From assembly GCA_918797485.1 (NCBI GenBank), contig CAKKNE010000006.1, positions 1 to 64,000 of the forward strand: DNA of 64,000 nt. Reading direction: 5' to 3'. Numbering within the stretch: the stretch's first letter is position 1; the number at the start of each line of letters is the position of its first letter. A model generated the notes under the pieces. The model was not told the DNA's origin. It worked only from the letters and a program-made list of their open reading frames with translations, and made no database searches. A program made the position numbers and the translations under genes. Of this stretch, positions 41,333 to 52,454 are shown one piece after another. The DNA comes from Pelagomonas calceolata. Taxonomy: Eukaryota.

Positions 41333-42043
41333 CTAATTCCTAATCTGGTAGAGTACGGGCGGCGGCGTTCCAGCTTGGATCACATCTCTAGTACTCTGTT
41401 GGATGGCCAGGACCGCCCTATCGATGCGGGGCACCCCATCTCTGAACGCCCTGAAAACCTCCGCCTCCATCGCCTGGAACGCGTCGCGCAGCCGCTGCAG
41501 TTGCTCGTCTCGAGCTGTGATACGGGCCGCCACGATCGCCACGAACATGCCTCCGTTCGGGTGGTCCCGCTCTAGTTCCGTGCGGCTCTGGTACACGGTC
41601 AGGAACCACAACATGATCGCCTGGCACACATTCATGTAGCCGTCCTCCGCGTCGTAGCGCGCGCACACCATCGCAAAAATGCGTCTTTTGGTGGCGGGCG
41701 CCGCCCGTCTCGCAATGCCCGCGAGGGGCGGCACCGAAGCCGCCCGCACCGCTTGTAGTTTGTCCTTCTTCAAAATCTCCGTGAGGAAATCCTCAGCCTC
41801 AACGCCCAGACAGCGCGCCACGGCCCGGACCGCTTCTAGTCGCAAGCCCGTGCTCCTTGAAGTGGCCTTCGCGGCCCACCGTTGTAAGAAGGCCCGTTTC
41901 GTCGCGGCCGGCAGCCTCGAGTGCACGGGGAACGACTTGCCGACCGCTCTCAAAGCTCGCAAATCCACGTGGTCCGCGAACTGCCCGACGCCGTCCAACG
42001 CACGGTGTCGGCCGACGAGCGGGCTCGGGCCCCCGGCTCCCAT
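41333..42043 (-). CDS. Hypothetical protein with HEAT-like helices
   Basis: ATG-initiated ORF; LRLEAVRAV and AVRAASV..L are HEAT-like. Confidence 0.4.
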   Translation of the reverse strand: MGAGGPSPLVGRHRALDGVGQFADHVDLRALRAVGKSFPVHSRLPAATKRAFLQRWAAKATSRSTGLRLEAVRAVARCLGVEAEDFLTEILKKDKLQAVRAASVPPLAGIARRAAPATKRRIFAMVCARYDAEDGYMNVCQAIMLWFLTVYQSRTELERDHPNGGMFVAIVAARITARDEQLQRLRDAFQAMEAEVFRAFRDGVPRIDRAVLAIQQSTRDVIQAGTPPPVLYQIRN

Positions 42044-43481
42044 CGCTGTTGCTTCGGGGCTGCCTCTTTGGCTGGTGGGGTATTTGCAGCTCGGCACCTC
42101 GGCGGGTAGCGCGAGCGAGGGCACTTGTTGGCCGCGGGGAACGTGCCACAGCGTCGTAGCGCGAGAGGTATTCTTCTTGCGCACTGGACTTGGCCAGCAA
42201 AAGAGCGTGCAGTCCCCTAAAATGACAAGCTCATACAGCTCGTATAAGTACTGGTACCGGGGCGCGTCGCCCTACCTTTGTCGGACCTGTGATTTAGCGC
42301 TAGGAAAAGCTGAATTGATGCGATATAACGGCCGCCAAAACAGTAGATTGTACGCGGTAAAATTGATACAAAACGCGGTAGCAGGATATCCTATGCAGTA
42401 AAAGCGGTGACGGCGCTGGATACAGCCAGAGCTAACCTTGTCCGGACCGCGGAGGCAAGAGAAGTCATCGATCGTGGCCCAGACGCACGCACGGCCAGCC
42501 AGCTGCGCTTGCACGCACTAAAAAGCACCTTCACACGTGAGCTTCAGCTGCCTGTGTAGGCAAGCGATGCGAAGCGCGCCGGCGGCGGTCGGCCAGGAAA
42601 CGCACGCCAGCGCGATGGAGCTAGGAGTTCGCCCGCAGCTCTGGGCTCGCGTCGCAGCTTCTCGATTGATGCCCGAGCGCGGCGAAGGCCGGCCAACGCG
42701 GCGGCCGCGGCACAGATAGACCGTCAGCGCTAGACGCGGCGCAATCATGAGCGCTGTTGCGACCAGTCGACTAGCGCGAGCGGGTGCCGCGCTCGAACCA
42801 CTGCGCGTCGTGGTTCTTGCGCGAGTGCTTCGCGCAAGTCCCGCTTTGACGCCCGGTCCTATGTGACAGGTACTGCTATGGATGGCCCATGCCCATAGCT
42901 TCGCTCTGCATCACGACTCGTCGACGGAGTTTCCGGCACGACGTGCAGGGCGCTTTGTCGAAGCAGTAGAGGACGCCGCTGCCCTGGCCCGCGCGGTGAC
43001 TTTCGAGCTGCAAGGGCGTGGCCGCGACGACCGGTCCGAACGCATTGGCTATCACGCGAGAGTCGCGGCGATGGCGTCGCGGTGACGTAGAAATATGATC
43101 TCGTGCGGGCTTGACCCCATCGAAGAGCGCTCCTACACTACCACTACGCCATCAATGCGCGTGGCGGACCACTGGACGCGACTCGACGCCCTACGGCGCC
43201 GGCGTCCGACCACCACGTGGTGGCGGTCCTCGAAGACGCGCGCGTCGCCGCGTCGTACTCGCGCGTCTCTCGCTCGATGGCGTGCGGTAGCAGTTGCGGG
43301 CCGGGCGACGCCTGCGCGGACTGGCCCGGGACGCCGTGTTCGTGCGTGGTGGGCGTGCCCGGCGCACCTGGCGATGGTGTGCAACCTAGATTTTGCTGAA
43401 AGTCGGGCACTATCGGGTACTCTAAGCACTAGAAGAGTAATCATTACACGGGGGACAGGGGTGAGCGGTGACAGAGAGCTC

Positions 43482-44492
43482 CTACGGCTCCGCGGCCCGA
43501 AGCTTGGCGATCTCGGCATCGACTGCCTCTCTCTCGGCGCGGACCGCGGCGATCTCCCGCCGCAGAGCGGCCTCGGCGCGCGCGTCGTCGACGTCCATGG
43601 CAGCGGCGCCGTCCTCCTCCTTGTGCTCGTCGTTGCTAGCCGGGTCGCGGTGTTCGGCCTCGCTGCCATACGCTTCTCTCAGCTGAGATTTTGTGGGCTT
43701 GCACAATTTATGGAGCGTCTGCTCTGTGGCCAATACCTCTTCGAGGAGCGCGTCGGTGAAGCCCGGGGCGAGCACGTAGGCGAGCGTGGCCTCCGTCCAG
43801 TCCGTGGACGCGAACTCGCAGCGGTTGATCCTCGCAGTCCCCAAGGTCGTCGGGCCGTACTGCACCACTAATTTCCAATGCTGACTCCGCCGCTTATCCA
43901 AAATTTCGTACTGGTCCGCCTGGTTCATGTGTCTACAAAATGCCAGCAACGAACTATGCGTTCCTGCGAAAGTCACCTTGTCTCGAAGATATAGATACCG
44001 CCGCAAGGCGTCGACCGTGCCCGCGAGGATCGCACACTCAAAGCTCAATAGCCTCACCCGGCTTTGCGCAGCTTTATGCTTTATCTTGGCCACGTCCAAA
44101 GCGCTCTTGGCTCTTGCTTCCGCGCGCATCGCCGTGAGAGCTTCTGCGTGCGCGCCCACGAGGGCTCTCGCGAGCTCCTGCGTCGGCATGTCGGCTCGGA
44201 AATCGCTGCGGCCCCGCACATCCACGATGTCCGCCTGTTGTCCCGTTGCCGTAGATCCCGCGTCGTTCACTTCCTGAACCAACATCCGCGCCTCGCGCCG
44301 TAGGCTTTCGTTTTCTCGCGCCGCGTCGTCCGTCTCACACAACAACCTATCCCGCGCCCTCGCGTTGACGCCGGCGGCGCCGCGCTCGGTCTCGGTCTCC
44401 ATCTGGAGCTGCAGCTCCAGCGCGGATGCCCGCGGCGGCTGCCCGGCAATGTCTTCGGGGGCATTATTTTGCGCGGCCACTATTTCGGCCAT
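43482..44492 (-). CDS. Hypothetical coiled-coil protein
   Basis: 336-aa ATG ORF with heptad-like Ala/Glu/Arg-rich segments; no family recognised. Confidence 0.5.
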   Translation of the reverse strand: MAEIVAAQNNAPEDIAGQPPRASALELQLQMETETERGAAGVNARARDRLLCETDDAARENESLRREARMLVQEVNDAGSTATGQQADIVDVRGRSDFRADMPTQELARALVGAHAEALTAMRAEARAKSALDVAKIKHKAAQSRVRLLSFECAILAGTVDALRRYLYLRDKVTFAGTHSSLLAFCRHMNQADQYEILDKRRSQHWKLVVQYGPTTLGTARINRCEFASTDWTEATLAYVLAPGFTDALLEEVLATEQTLHKLCKPTKSQLREAYGSEAEHRDPASNDEHKEEDGAAAMDVDDARAEAALRREIAAVRAEREAVDAEIAKLRAAEP

Positions 44493-44815
44493 GCTATTCG
44501 GGTAGCGGAGCGAACGGAGCCGCTTTTGCGTAGAGAGCTAGTCGACTTGTTATGGACTTACTAGTACCCTTATCGTCCGGCATGGAGGCGACGCAGCTCC
44601 TCGTGGTGTGAGTGACCTGTCCGGCAATAATAGCAATCAGTGCGCCGCTACTGATCCGCTACTGAGGTAAGTACAAACCAGTGCGGTAGCTCGTACAAGT
44701 ATACTTGTGATACCGCAGGTACCGCGGTAGGCGTATAAAGTCGTCTGTCTCGCGACGTAGCGACGCGAGCAGGGACCCGGGCGCGAGCCGCACCCCACCA
44801 AACAACGCACGATTG

Positions 44816-45964
44816 ATGGCCGACGCGCATGCCGGGCAGCCCCTTGGGGACGCCGCCGCGGGCCAAGCCAATGCAGCAGCACCAACAGCACCAACAGCAC
44901 CAACAGCTCAAGATGTGGCGGCGCTGAAGGTGGGGCACCAAACAGCCGTTCTGGAAAGTCTCGAGAACCGCGTGGAAGCTCAGGACGCCCGGAGCCAGCG
45001 CGATGAACTGCGACATGACAACGCGGTCCTCCGGCGGCAATTGGCGGACAAGCTCGTTGGCCAAATTCAGTCGAGTCGTTTCGCCGCCGATGTGTCTCAG
45101 AGCCAAGGCGCCGCCGAGCCGCCCGTCGCGGCCGCGCCGGTCAGCGGCGAGCCTCCTTTGAGCAGCTCGGGCCCCGCGCTACCACCGTTCTGCGAGGACT
45201 CAACAGACTCAGACCTCGGCAATTTACTTAGTGGAGTCTTCCACAAATATGTGGCGAAGGACACCGAGCTTGTGCAAGCAGACCGCCACGAAAAGGCATG
45301 TGCTAAGGTGCGGTACCAAGATGCTGCCGAATATTTGAAACAGCATGCCATAGCTGTGGTGAAATGCGGCACTACTGATGCAGTCCTAAGGATTTACCGT
45401 CTGCAAAATCCCGAGGCTACAGCGATTCCTCAGTGGCTTAGCCTGGATATGGATGCAGGCACCTATCAGGAGCACGTATCTTTGTTTTGGAGGTTGGTGA
45501 AATGTCTCGGCCCAAGGGTCCTGGGGAACGAGGTTGACCTCAACGAGTTAGCGTTAGCCGGGTTGATGACGGTCTCCACGCGCAACCGGCCGAGTCAGGA
45601 GCACTGTCTATCTGAAAAGACGCTCACATCGATTGTGAGAGCGAAGGGTGCACTCGAAGAAGCCGTCCTGACGACGGGGGACTCCGTGGAGGATCTGATA
45701 TCTCGCAAGGAAGGGTGTCCGAGGGAGACGGACGACGTCGGCGCCGGCGCGTCGCGGTCTCGAAAGAAGCCGCGCTCTACCAATCCGCCGACCTCTTGCC
45801 TTCCAGCCGCCGCGTCGACGGCGGCGACCGGTCGAGACACGGGCAAATTCGACGCGCTTCGACGTGAGCTCGCGGACGAAAAGAGGGCCCTCGCTCTCAG
45901 TAAATCGGAACTCGCTAAGCTCAAAGGCGTGAACACGGCGACCGACGATGCGCTCGCCGGTTGA
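44816..45964 (+). CDS. Hypothetical protein with coiled-coil termini and a lower-GC central domain
   Basis: About 380-aa ORF with natural amino-acid composition, divergent from the 44492 gene. Confidence 0.5.
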   Translation: MADAHAGQPLGDAAAGQANAAAPTAPTAPTAQDVAALKVGHQTAVLESLENRVEAQDARSQRDELRHDNAVLRRQLADKLVGQIQSSRFAADVSQSQGAAEPPVAAAPVSGEPPLSSSGPALPPFCEDSTDSDLGNLLSGVFHKYVAKDTELVQADRHEKACAKVRYQDAAEYLKQHAIAVVKCGTTDAVLRIYRLQNPEATAIPQWLSLDMDAGTYQEHVSLFWRLVKCLGPRVLGNEVDLNELALAGLMTVSTRNRPSQEHCLSEKTLTSIVRAKGALEEAVLTTGDSVEDLISRKEGCPRETDDVGAGASRSRKKPRSTNPPTSCLPAAASTAATGRDTGKFDALRRELADEKRALALSKSELAKLKGVNTATDDALAG

Positions 45965-46887
45965 GTTGGCTGGGAGTTGCTGGGTGTAAGAGAGTGTGAT
46001 TTGTAAATGGTACTAGATGCTGGGCCGCCGTGTGAGGCCGTTGTGGGGAAATGCTCGCATCCTAGAGAGCCTCTCTCTAACCACCGTCCTTTTTTTGTTG
46101 TCTTGCGCTTTACGCACGTGCTCCGGTGCCCCACTGGCGCTTGCAGCTTCGACAGGCTGGTCTGAGGGTCGCGCCGCCAACTTTTGTTGGGCGGCCGACG
46201 CAAAGGCCGGGGCGAACTGCATAGTGCTCTCCAGCATGACATCACCTTTTTGGGCCATACGTCGCCGCGTGGCGTCGTAGCTGGGAGATTTTCGAATTGA
46301 GGCTCGCACAAGGCATGTCGTGGGCAGGGTGAACTGACTCCAGATGTCTGCAGTGTTTTAGCGCGCCGCGGTCGCGTCGAGGCGGCCCGACCGCGCACCT
46401 GTTGCATTGCGCTCAAACGCTATCCCTGGAGCCGCACGGCTACTCGGCGTCGACGGACCCATACCAACGGCCGATCCCGGACCTCTTTGGGATCTTCAGA
46501 CTGCAGAAGCTCATGGACGCCTTCTTTGCGATACCGCTCCGGCGGGCTAAACCGGCACCGGCGCGGACGGCCTCGATGGTCGCCCAGCGGGTCCGCGGTC
46601 GAGTCGGTAGCATCCCTGCGGCGTTTCGGCAACCGCTGCGGGTCGCGTGGCGGCCTCGGAGGTTGCTGGAGGCCGTCGGAGGTGTTGCTCAGGCATACAA
46701 AGTTCCAATTTACGACCGGACCGCGACGAACCGCCAGGCGTCGGGAGGGCGGCGTAGTAGTTGTGAGTCGTGTAAAGGATAAAATTTAATAGCACCCCTA
46801 CAAGCCGAGGGATCGCAGGCCTGCGGCGCCACGCCGGGGTACTACTGTATGGAAAAAAGCCACACTATTAGAGGGGCTGTAGGAGAT

Positions 46888-47484
46888 CTACTTGTTGCCG
46901 TTGGAGTTCGAGCCCGCGTCGACGATGCCGCGGCCCGTCTGGTAGATCTTGAGGACGTCGCCGCCCTTGGCTTCCACGGCGGACTTGAACTGGGTCTGCA
47001 TCTCGTGCATGAGGAGGAAGGCGTGGACGAACTTGAACATGACCGCGAAGTCGTCGAAGTTGAAGTGGTTCTTGGCCTCGTCCGGGGGAATGTCCTCTCT
47101 TAACGACGCCAGAAAGCCCTGCTGCTCGCGGTACAAACCGCGCGCGTGGTGCTGGGCCTTTGCGGTCTCCGCTCGCGAGGCGTACACGGCCTCGGCCACC
47201 TTGTCGTCTTTCAAGCTCTGAATGACGGTGGCGTTCTTATTTTCGCGGGCGATGCGGACGGCCTTCTCCTCGTCCGTCTCGGGCGGGCTCTCCGCCTTGC
47301 GCTTGCGGGTCTCGCCTGCGAACTTCACCGCCAACGCGGCGGACTGCTTGGTGTACTCGTCGCGTACTTGTTTGATCGAGTCCGCCTTATTGGCGTCGCT
47401 CATGTTGGCGTCCGCCCGGATCGAGGCGATGTTGTCGTCGGTCAGGCGTTTCAACGCATTGATGGCGCCCGGGAAGTCCTCCAT
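46888..47484 (-). CDS. Hypothetical helical protein with NLS-like RKRK
   Basis: 198-aa ATG ORF with strong GC3 codon bias. Confidence 0.55.
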   Translation of the reverse strand: MEDFPGAINALKRLTDDNIASIRADANMSDANKADSIKQVRDEYTKQSAALAVKFAGETRKRKAESPPETDEEKAVRIARENKNATVIQSLKDDKVAEAVYASRAETAKAQHHARGLYREQQGFLASLREDIPPDEAKNHFNFDDFAVMFKFVHAFLLMHEMQTQFKSAVEAKGGDVLKIYQTGRGIVDAGSNSNGNK

Positions 47485-48021
47485 GGCGTGGTATTGGAAG
47501 TCGACTTGGTTTGCCTGCGCGTATGATGCGTTTTTTGCTGGACTTTTTCTCGCGGCGGGCGGCGGAGTATGTGTGGGGGGCGTACGCGGCGTGTCGCGTG
47601 CTGGGGCTGCAGTGGCGGCTCGCGAGGACGCCGCAAATTGCGAGCTAAGGCAGTCGTCTTGCCCAATGAATAGGCTAGTACGTTCGGTCGCCCAGGTGGA
47701 TCCGGAGCTATTCGGAGAGGCGCGGAAGAGCCCAGATTGCGACTGCAGGCGTAGAAACGTGCCAGGTACGGAGGCACTTTCCCGGCATCTAGTATGTCTC
47801 TCTGAGGCTGGGCCCAGCTAAAAAAACTGAACAAGCCAAAAACTCGTTGTCAGCGGTAGTTCGGCGCGCTAAGGAAGCGCACTAATAGCCGAACACGAAC
47901 GACTGCAAAAGACTGCGACAAAAGGACACAGCACGCGTAAAAAACAAGCTAAACAGAGCACTGCTAAAAAAACAGCAGCGCTACTCACACACGTAAAGAA
48001 AGGCTTCGAAAAGAGGACACA

Positions 48022-51000
48022 ATGCCTGGACGCGGCCGACGCCGCCGCTCCCGCACCCCTCCGCGGCGCTACTCCACGGAACCCCTGCGACCACAAACAG
48101 CGCCAGCAAGGACGACCACAAACCGCGCCGTCACGGCCATCGCCGAGGCGGACGTGCGCATCCCGCAAGCGCTAGCCCAAACCCAGCACCGCCGCACGAG
48201 TAGTGGAGGCTGGTTCCGGAGCTCGCGGAACCGCCCGGTCACCGCGCCGCCCGTCGCCGAGATCGTGCTGCCCACGACGACGCCCGTGGCCTCGGTCGTC
48301 ACGTCGCACTCCTTCCGACGCGAGCGCGACGGCAGCATGTCGTCCTACCCGGCGGCGACGTGCGTCGGCGGCGACCCCAACCCGGCGCTCGCCGACGCGC
48401 GCGCCGCGGCGGCGGCCGCGCCGCCGCCGGCGCCCGCCGCCGCCGCGCCGGCCCCGGCCCCGGCGTCGACGGGGCCGGCGGGCCACGTCTCGGGCGCCGA
48501 GGCCGCCCGGCTGGCGGCCGCGAGGGCTCCTCCGGCGAACCGCGGCGTCGCCCTCCCCGGGATGGCCGGCGCCGCAAATGCTCCGCCGCCGCCGCTCTCG
48601 CCGGCCACGGTCGACCGCCACGTGGCGTCGCCGCCCGCGCCTGGCGGCGGGGCGGCCGCGGCGTCGCGCGCGGCGTCGGATCTAAGGTTGGACGACGTGA
48701 TGGCCGATACGTCGGCGCCGCCGCCGCTCGCGCGATCGAACTCGGCGGCGCCGCCGCCGCTCGCGCCGATCGCGCCCGTCGCGGCGCCGCCGCTCGCCGA
48801 CGGCGCGTCGGGCCGCTGGGCCATGGCCCAGACGGTCACGCCCCCGGACAGGCCTCTGCTGTCGCCCGCGGTCACGCCCGAGACGCCGCCGCTCCTGACG
48901 CCGGCCTCCGCCGCGGCCGCCGCGCCGGCGCCGGCGCCGGCGAGGCCCGCCGCGGTCGTCAGCAGCGACGCCGCGAGCGGCGGGCCGGCGCCCGCCGCGG
49001 CAGCATCGCCCGGGACCGCCGCACGCGACCGTCCCTGGACGACGTACACCGGCGCCCTGACGCCGGGCGCCGCCTCGGCCCTGGCCGGCGCGTTCACAGA
49101 TGCGCCGGCGCCGGCGCCCGCGGCCCCGTGGTGGCGCGGCACAGCTCAGACCCCCGAAACAACCAACGGCCCGCTCACGGAGGCGCGCTGCGCGCAGCTA
49201 GCCGCGGTCGCGCGCTCGGCCGCGGCGCCGGACGCGCGGACGGGCGCGCTCACACTACTAGGAGACGCCTCAAGCGATTTGGGAAGGGCGCCCGCCGCCT
49301 CTGCGTTAGCCCTGGCCCTCCAGGGCGCGCTTTTTGCTGATGATGCGCGCGTGCGCGCCGAGGCGCTGCGGACGGCGGCCAAGTGCGGCCTCGTCGAGGT
49401 GGCGCGCAGCGTCCGGGGCGACGACGACGTGAACGTGCGGAGGGAGGCGGCCCGACTGTTGGCGGCGGGCGCCTTCGGCGACGACGACGTCTTCCGGAAC
49501 GATCATACTGCAAGGCGCACGTTTCAAAAAGTAGCTGCTTTAGCGTCGGCGCTGCGCGACAAGAGCATCGATGAGCCCGGTCTCGTGGGCCAGCTCGAGA
49601 AAGCCTTGTTAAAGACGGGCGTGCGGCACGAGCGGCTCCTGGAAGCGCCGCTCGACAGATGTTTAGAAAGGCACCCGTCGGCGGCCGTGCGCGCGGCCGC
49701 GGCGACGACCGCAGGCGCGCTGGGCTGCTGCGAATGTTTGAGGAGGCTCTGGCTCGTGCAGCCGGATCAAACCGCGACGCGCCCTGAAATCGTAACAGTG
49801 CGCGTGGCGGCCGTCAACGCGTTGGCTCGGAACGGCTCCAGTACGACAATTCGGGAGCTGGCGGCGGCGGACGACCTGGCGGAGGTCCGGAGGGCCGCCT
49901 ACGAGTGGCTCGCTAGATTAGACGACGCCGAGGGTCTCGCGGAGAGGGGCCTCGGCGACGCCGTCCCTGCACTGCGAGCGGCCGCGGCGTGTCTCCTGGC
50001 GGACGTTTTACTGAGACGCGCAGCGAACGACGCGCCGACGTGGCAGTGGCGCGCCGACGCGTTCCCGCGGCCGCCGCCGCCCGCATTTGAACACGCGCCG
50101 CGGCGCCTCGACGCCTCCGCCGCGGACGGGTTTGAAAATGCGGCCTCGGCGCTCATCCAAGCGGCGCAACGCGATGCGGAAGAGAACGTACGAGGCGCGG
50201 CCCTCGAGAGCCTCGGAAGATTAAGGTGTGTCCCCGGCGTCGCGGTCGGTTTGGAAGATGCGTCCGAGGACGCGAGGCTGCGCGCCGTCGAGCTCCTCGA
50301 GGAGCTGGCGGGCGACGAGGCCGCGGCCGCCTTAGAAAGGGCGCTGGACGACCCGTCAACAGAAGTGCGACGGCGCGCCACGGACGCGCTCGGCCGCCTC
50401 GAGGACCCGCGGGACGCGTTGTCCAGAGTGGCCGTGCGCGACGCCGATCCTCGTGTGCGGGTGATGACGGCGATTCTGTTAGGAGAGCTGAAACGCCCGC
50501 AAGCCCTGGTCGAGACGAGCCTGGCGGACCCGCTCTACGCGAGTGTCCGCGCGGCGGCGGCGTCGAGCATCGGCGGCCTCGCGGCCCAGGCAAAGGAGGG
50601 CGACGCCGACGCGGCGGCCGCTCTCGACGGTCTACCGTTGAGGCAGCTCCTCGCTTCTAGATTAGGCGACGCCGACCGTTCGGTACGAGGCGCGGCCGCG
50701 AAAGCATTGGACGTGGTGGAAGGAGGCAACTGGGCGACTATCGTGCGGGGCGATGTGAATGATGTGACGCGCATCCACCACGCGCCGGGCGCGCGGGCGA
50801 CGGCGGTCCTCGTGTCGCTGTTGTGCGACGCGGCCGAGGTCGACGACAGGGTCGCGGCCGCGGTCGCGCTCGGGGGAAGAAACTACGACGGCGCGATCCC
50901 GCCGTTGGTCGTGGACGCCTTGTGTGCCTGTTGTGCTGCTAGAGGCTCGTTACCAGCACCTCTCCGGGTGGCTTGCTTAGACGCGCTGGCAGCTTTATCG

Positions 51001-52101
51001 GTCACGGCGGCTCTAGATGGTTCCGACCAGGTCGACGTGGCCTGCGCCCACGCGCTGGAGGACGCGGAGAGTGTTGAAGTAAGACGCGCGGCGGCTTTAT
51101 GTGCCGGCGCCGCGAAATGTCTATCCAGAGGCAGATTGGTACATAGGGTCGCGGAGGATCCCGATCCCACAGTAAGAATCGCCTGCGCGCAGTCTCTTAG
51201 AGAGTTTGGAAACGATCAGGGCGCCGCCTGGGCGCTCGTCGCCGCTTTAGGAGACGGCGACGCAAGAGTGAGAGAACACGCGGCGGCCAGCTTCGACGGT
51301 TTTTGCGGAGACGCGTCGGCGGCTTTTAGATCGGCCGTCGCGCGGGCGGTCTGCGCCCGTTTGTTGGATAGAAGCGACAAGGAGGAGTCGAGCGCCACGA
51401 CCAAACGGTCGGCGGCCTGCCGCGCGCTCCGTCACCTGCACGATTTTGGGGAGTCTACCTTAGATGCTTTACATGATGCGCTAAAAAACGACAAGAACGT
51501 CTTCACGCGGCGCGAGGCGTGCCGGGCCCTTGCTGCTTTGAAACACCCCCGCTCACTACGCGCTTTAGCTGGTGCTTTACGGGATCGGCGCGACGCAGAC
51601 ATGCCCGACCTCGCAAAGGAGGCGATCCTGGGGCTGGACTATGGAAGAGGTGGCTTATTACGATCGAACGAAACGGCGCTGTTCACGGGGCCCGTCCTGA
51701 AGCGGCAGGACCGCATGGTCACGCGGACGCGGCTCAAAGCGCTCGTGTTGACGGACCAACCTAGATTATTCTACTGCGACGCCGACGGCGCGAATCCCAA
51801 GAGCTGCGACGTCGCGTCGCTGGCCGCCGACGGCGCCGACCTGTCCGTGGTCGTCGAGGGTGGGCAAGGTAGGGTGCGCCTCGCGCCGCTCTTCGGCGAC
51901 GCGCGCGAGTGGCTCGAGGCGCGCGACGCGTCGGCGCGCTCGCCCGGGGCGGCGCTCGCCGAGGCCTGGTCGGAGGCGCCGGCGTCGGCGCCCGTCGCGG
52001 AGTTTGTCAGGGAGGCGTCGGACGAGGAGGTCCCGGTCGCCGTGCCCAGTGCGTTGCCGAGCGCGCCGCCCGCTCCAACCGCTTCGGTGCCCGTGCGGTG
52101 A
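48022..52101 (+). CDS. HEAT-repeat protein with C-terminal PDK1-type PH-like domain
   Basis: Many D....VR..A...L repeats; terminal G.V.KR......R...LVLTDQPRLFY.D resembles the PDK1 PH domain. Confidence 0.8.
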   Translation: MPGRGRRRRSRTPPRRYSTEPLRPQTAPARTTTNRAVTAIAEADVRIPQALAQTQHRRTSSGGWFRSSRNRPVTAPPVAEIVLPTTTPVASVVTSHSFRRERDGSMSSYPAATCVGGDPNPALADARAAAAAAPPPAPAAAAPAPAPASTGPAGHVSGAEAARLAAARAPPANRGVALPGMAGAANAPPPPLSPATVDRHVASPPAPGGGAAAASRAASDLRLDDVMADTSAPPPLARSNSAAPPPLAPIAPVAAPPLADGASGRWAMAQTVTPPDRPLLSPAVTPETPPLLTPASAAAAAPAPAPARPAAVVSSDAASGGPAPAAAASPGTAARDRPWTTYTGALTPGAASALAGAFTDAPAPAPAAPWWRGTAQTPETTNGPLTEARCAQLAAVARSAAAPDARTGALTLLGDASSDLGRAPAASALALALQGALFADDARVRAEALRTAAKCGLVEVARSVRGDDDVNVRREAARLLAAGAFGDDDVFRNDHTARRTFQKVAALASALRDKSIDEPGLVGQLEKALLKTGVRHERLLEAPLDRCLERHPSAAVRAAAATTAGALGCCECLRRLWLVQPDQTATRPEIVTVRVAAVNALARNGSSTTIRELAAADDLAEVRRAAYEWLARLDDAEGLAERGLGDAVPALRAAAACLLADVLLRRAANDAPTWQWRADAFPRPPPPAFEHAPRRLDASAADGFENAASALIQAAQRDAEENVRGAALESLGRLRCVPGVAVGLEDASEDARLRAVELLEELAGDEAAAALERALDDPSTEVRRRATDALGRLEDPRDALSRVAVRDADPRVRVMTAILLGELKRPQALVETSLADPLYASVRAAAASSIGGLAAQAKEGDADAAAALDGLPLRQLLASRLGDADRSVRGAAAKALDVVEGGNWATIVRGDVNDVTRIHHAPGARATAVLVSLLCDAAEVDDRVAAAVALGGRNYDGAIPPLVVDALCACCAARGSLPAPLRVACLDALAALSVTAALDGSDQVDVACAHALEDAESVEVRRAAALCAGAAKCLSRGRLVHRVAEDPDPTVRIACAQSLREFGNDQGAAWALVAALGDGDARVREHAAASFDGFCGDASAAFRSAVARAVCARLLDRSDKEESSATTKRSAACRALRHLHDFGESTLDALHDALKNDKNVFTRREACRALAALKHPRSLRALAGALRDRRDADMPDLAKEAILGLDYGRGGLLRSNETALFTGPVLKRQDRMVTRTRLKALVLTDQPRLFYCDADGANPKSCDVASLAADGADLSVVVEGGQGRVRLAPLFGDAREWLEARDASARSPGAALAEAWSEAPASAPVAEFVREASDEEVPVAVPSALPSAPPAPTASVPVR

Positions 52102-52454
52102 TGATGTCCCTTTTTATGTGTAAATTTTTGAACTGGACGTTGTCTTTCTGGATCTCCTCGTCAAAACCCGTTTTCGAGCCTTAATTGATTTTTGCTCGCG
52201 CTGCTCACGCGCGCCAGGCAGCTGTACGCGTCGTCATTTGCACAGCGCGCTTTACAGGCGCTAGCAAATTGCCAACACTCGCTGCGGAGCATCGCTGCTC
52301 GCTGCGTTAACGCACCTGCGCTGCTCATTTTTGAAACCTCGCCAGAGGCTCTGCGGCGCGCAAAGCGGTTTTCAGCCGCGACAGACTTAGAGCGAGCACC
52401 CATCACGCTTGGTCTCGATTGCAGAAAGCGGGTCAAGGCGCATAAAGCACAGCC

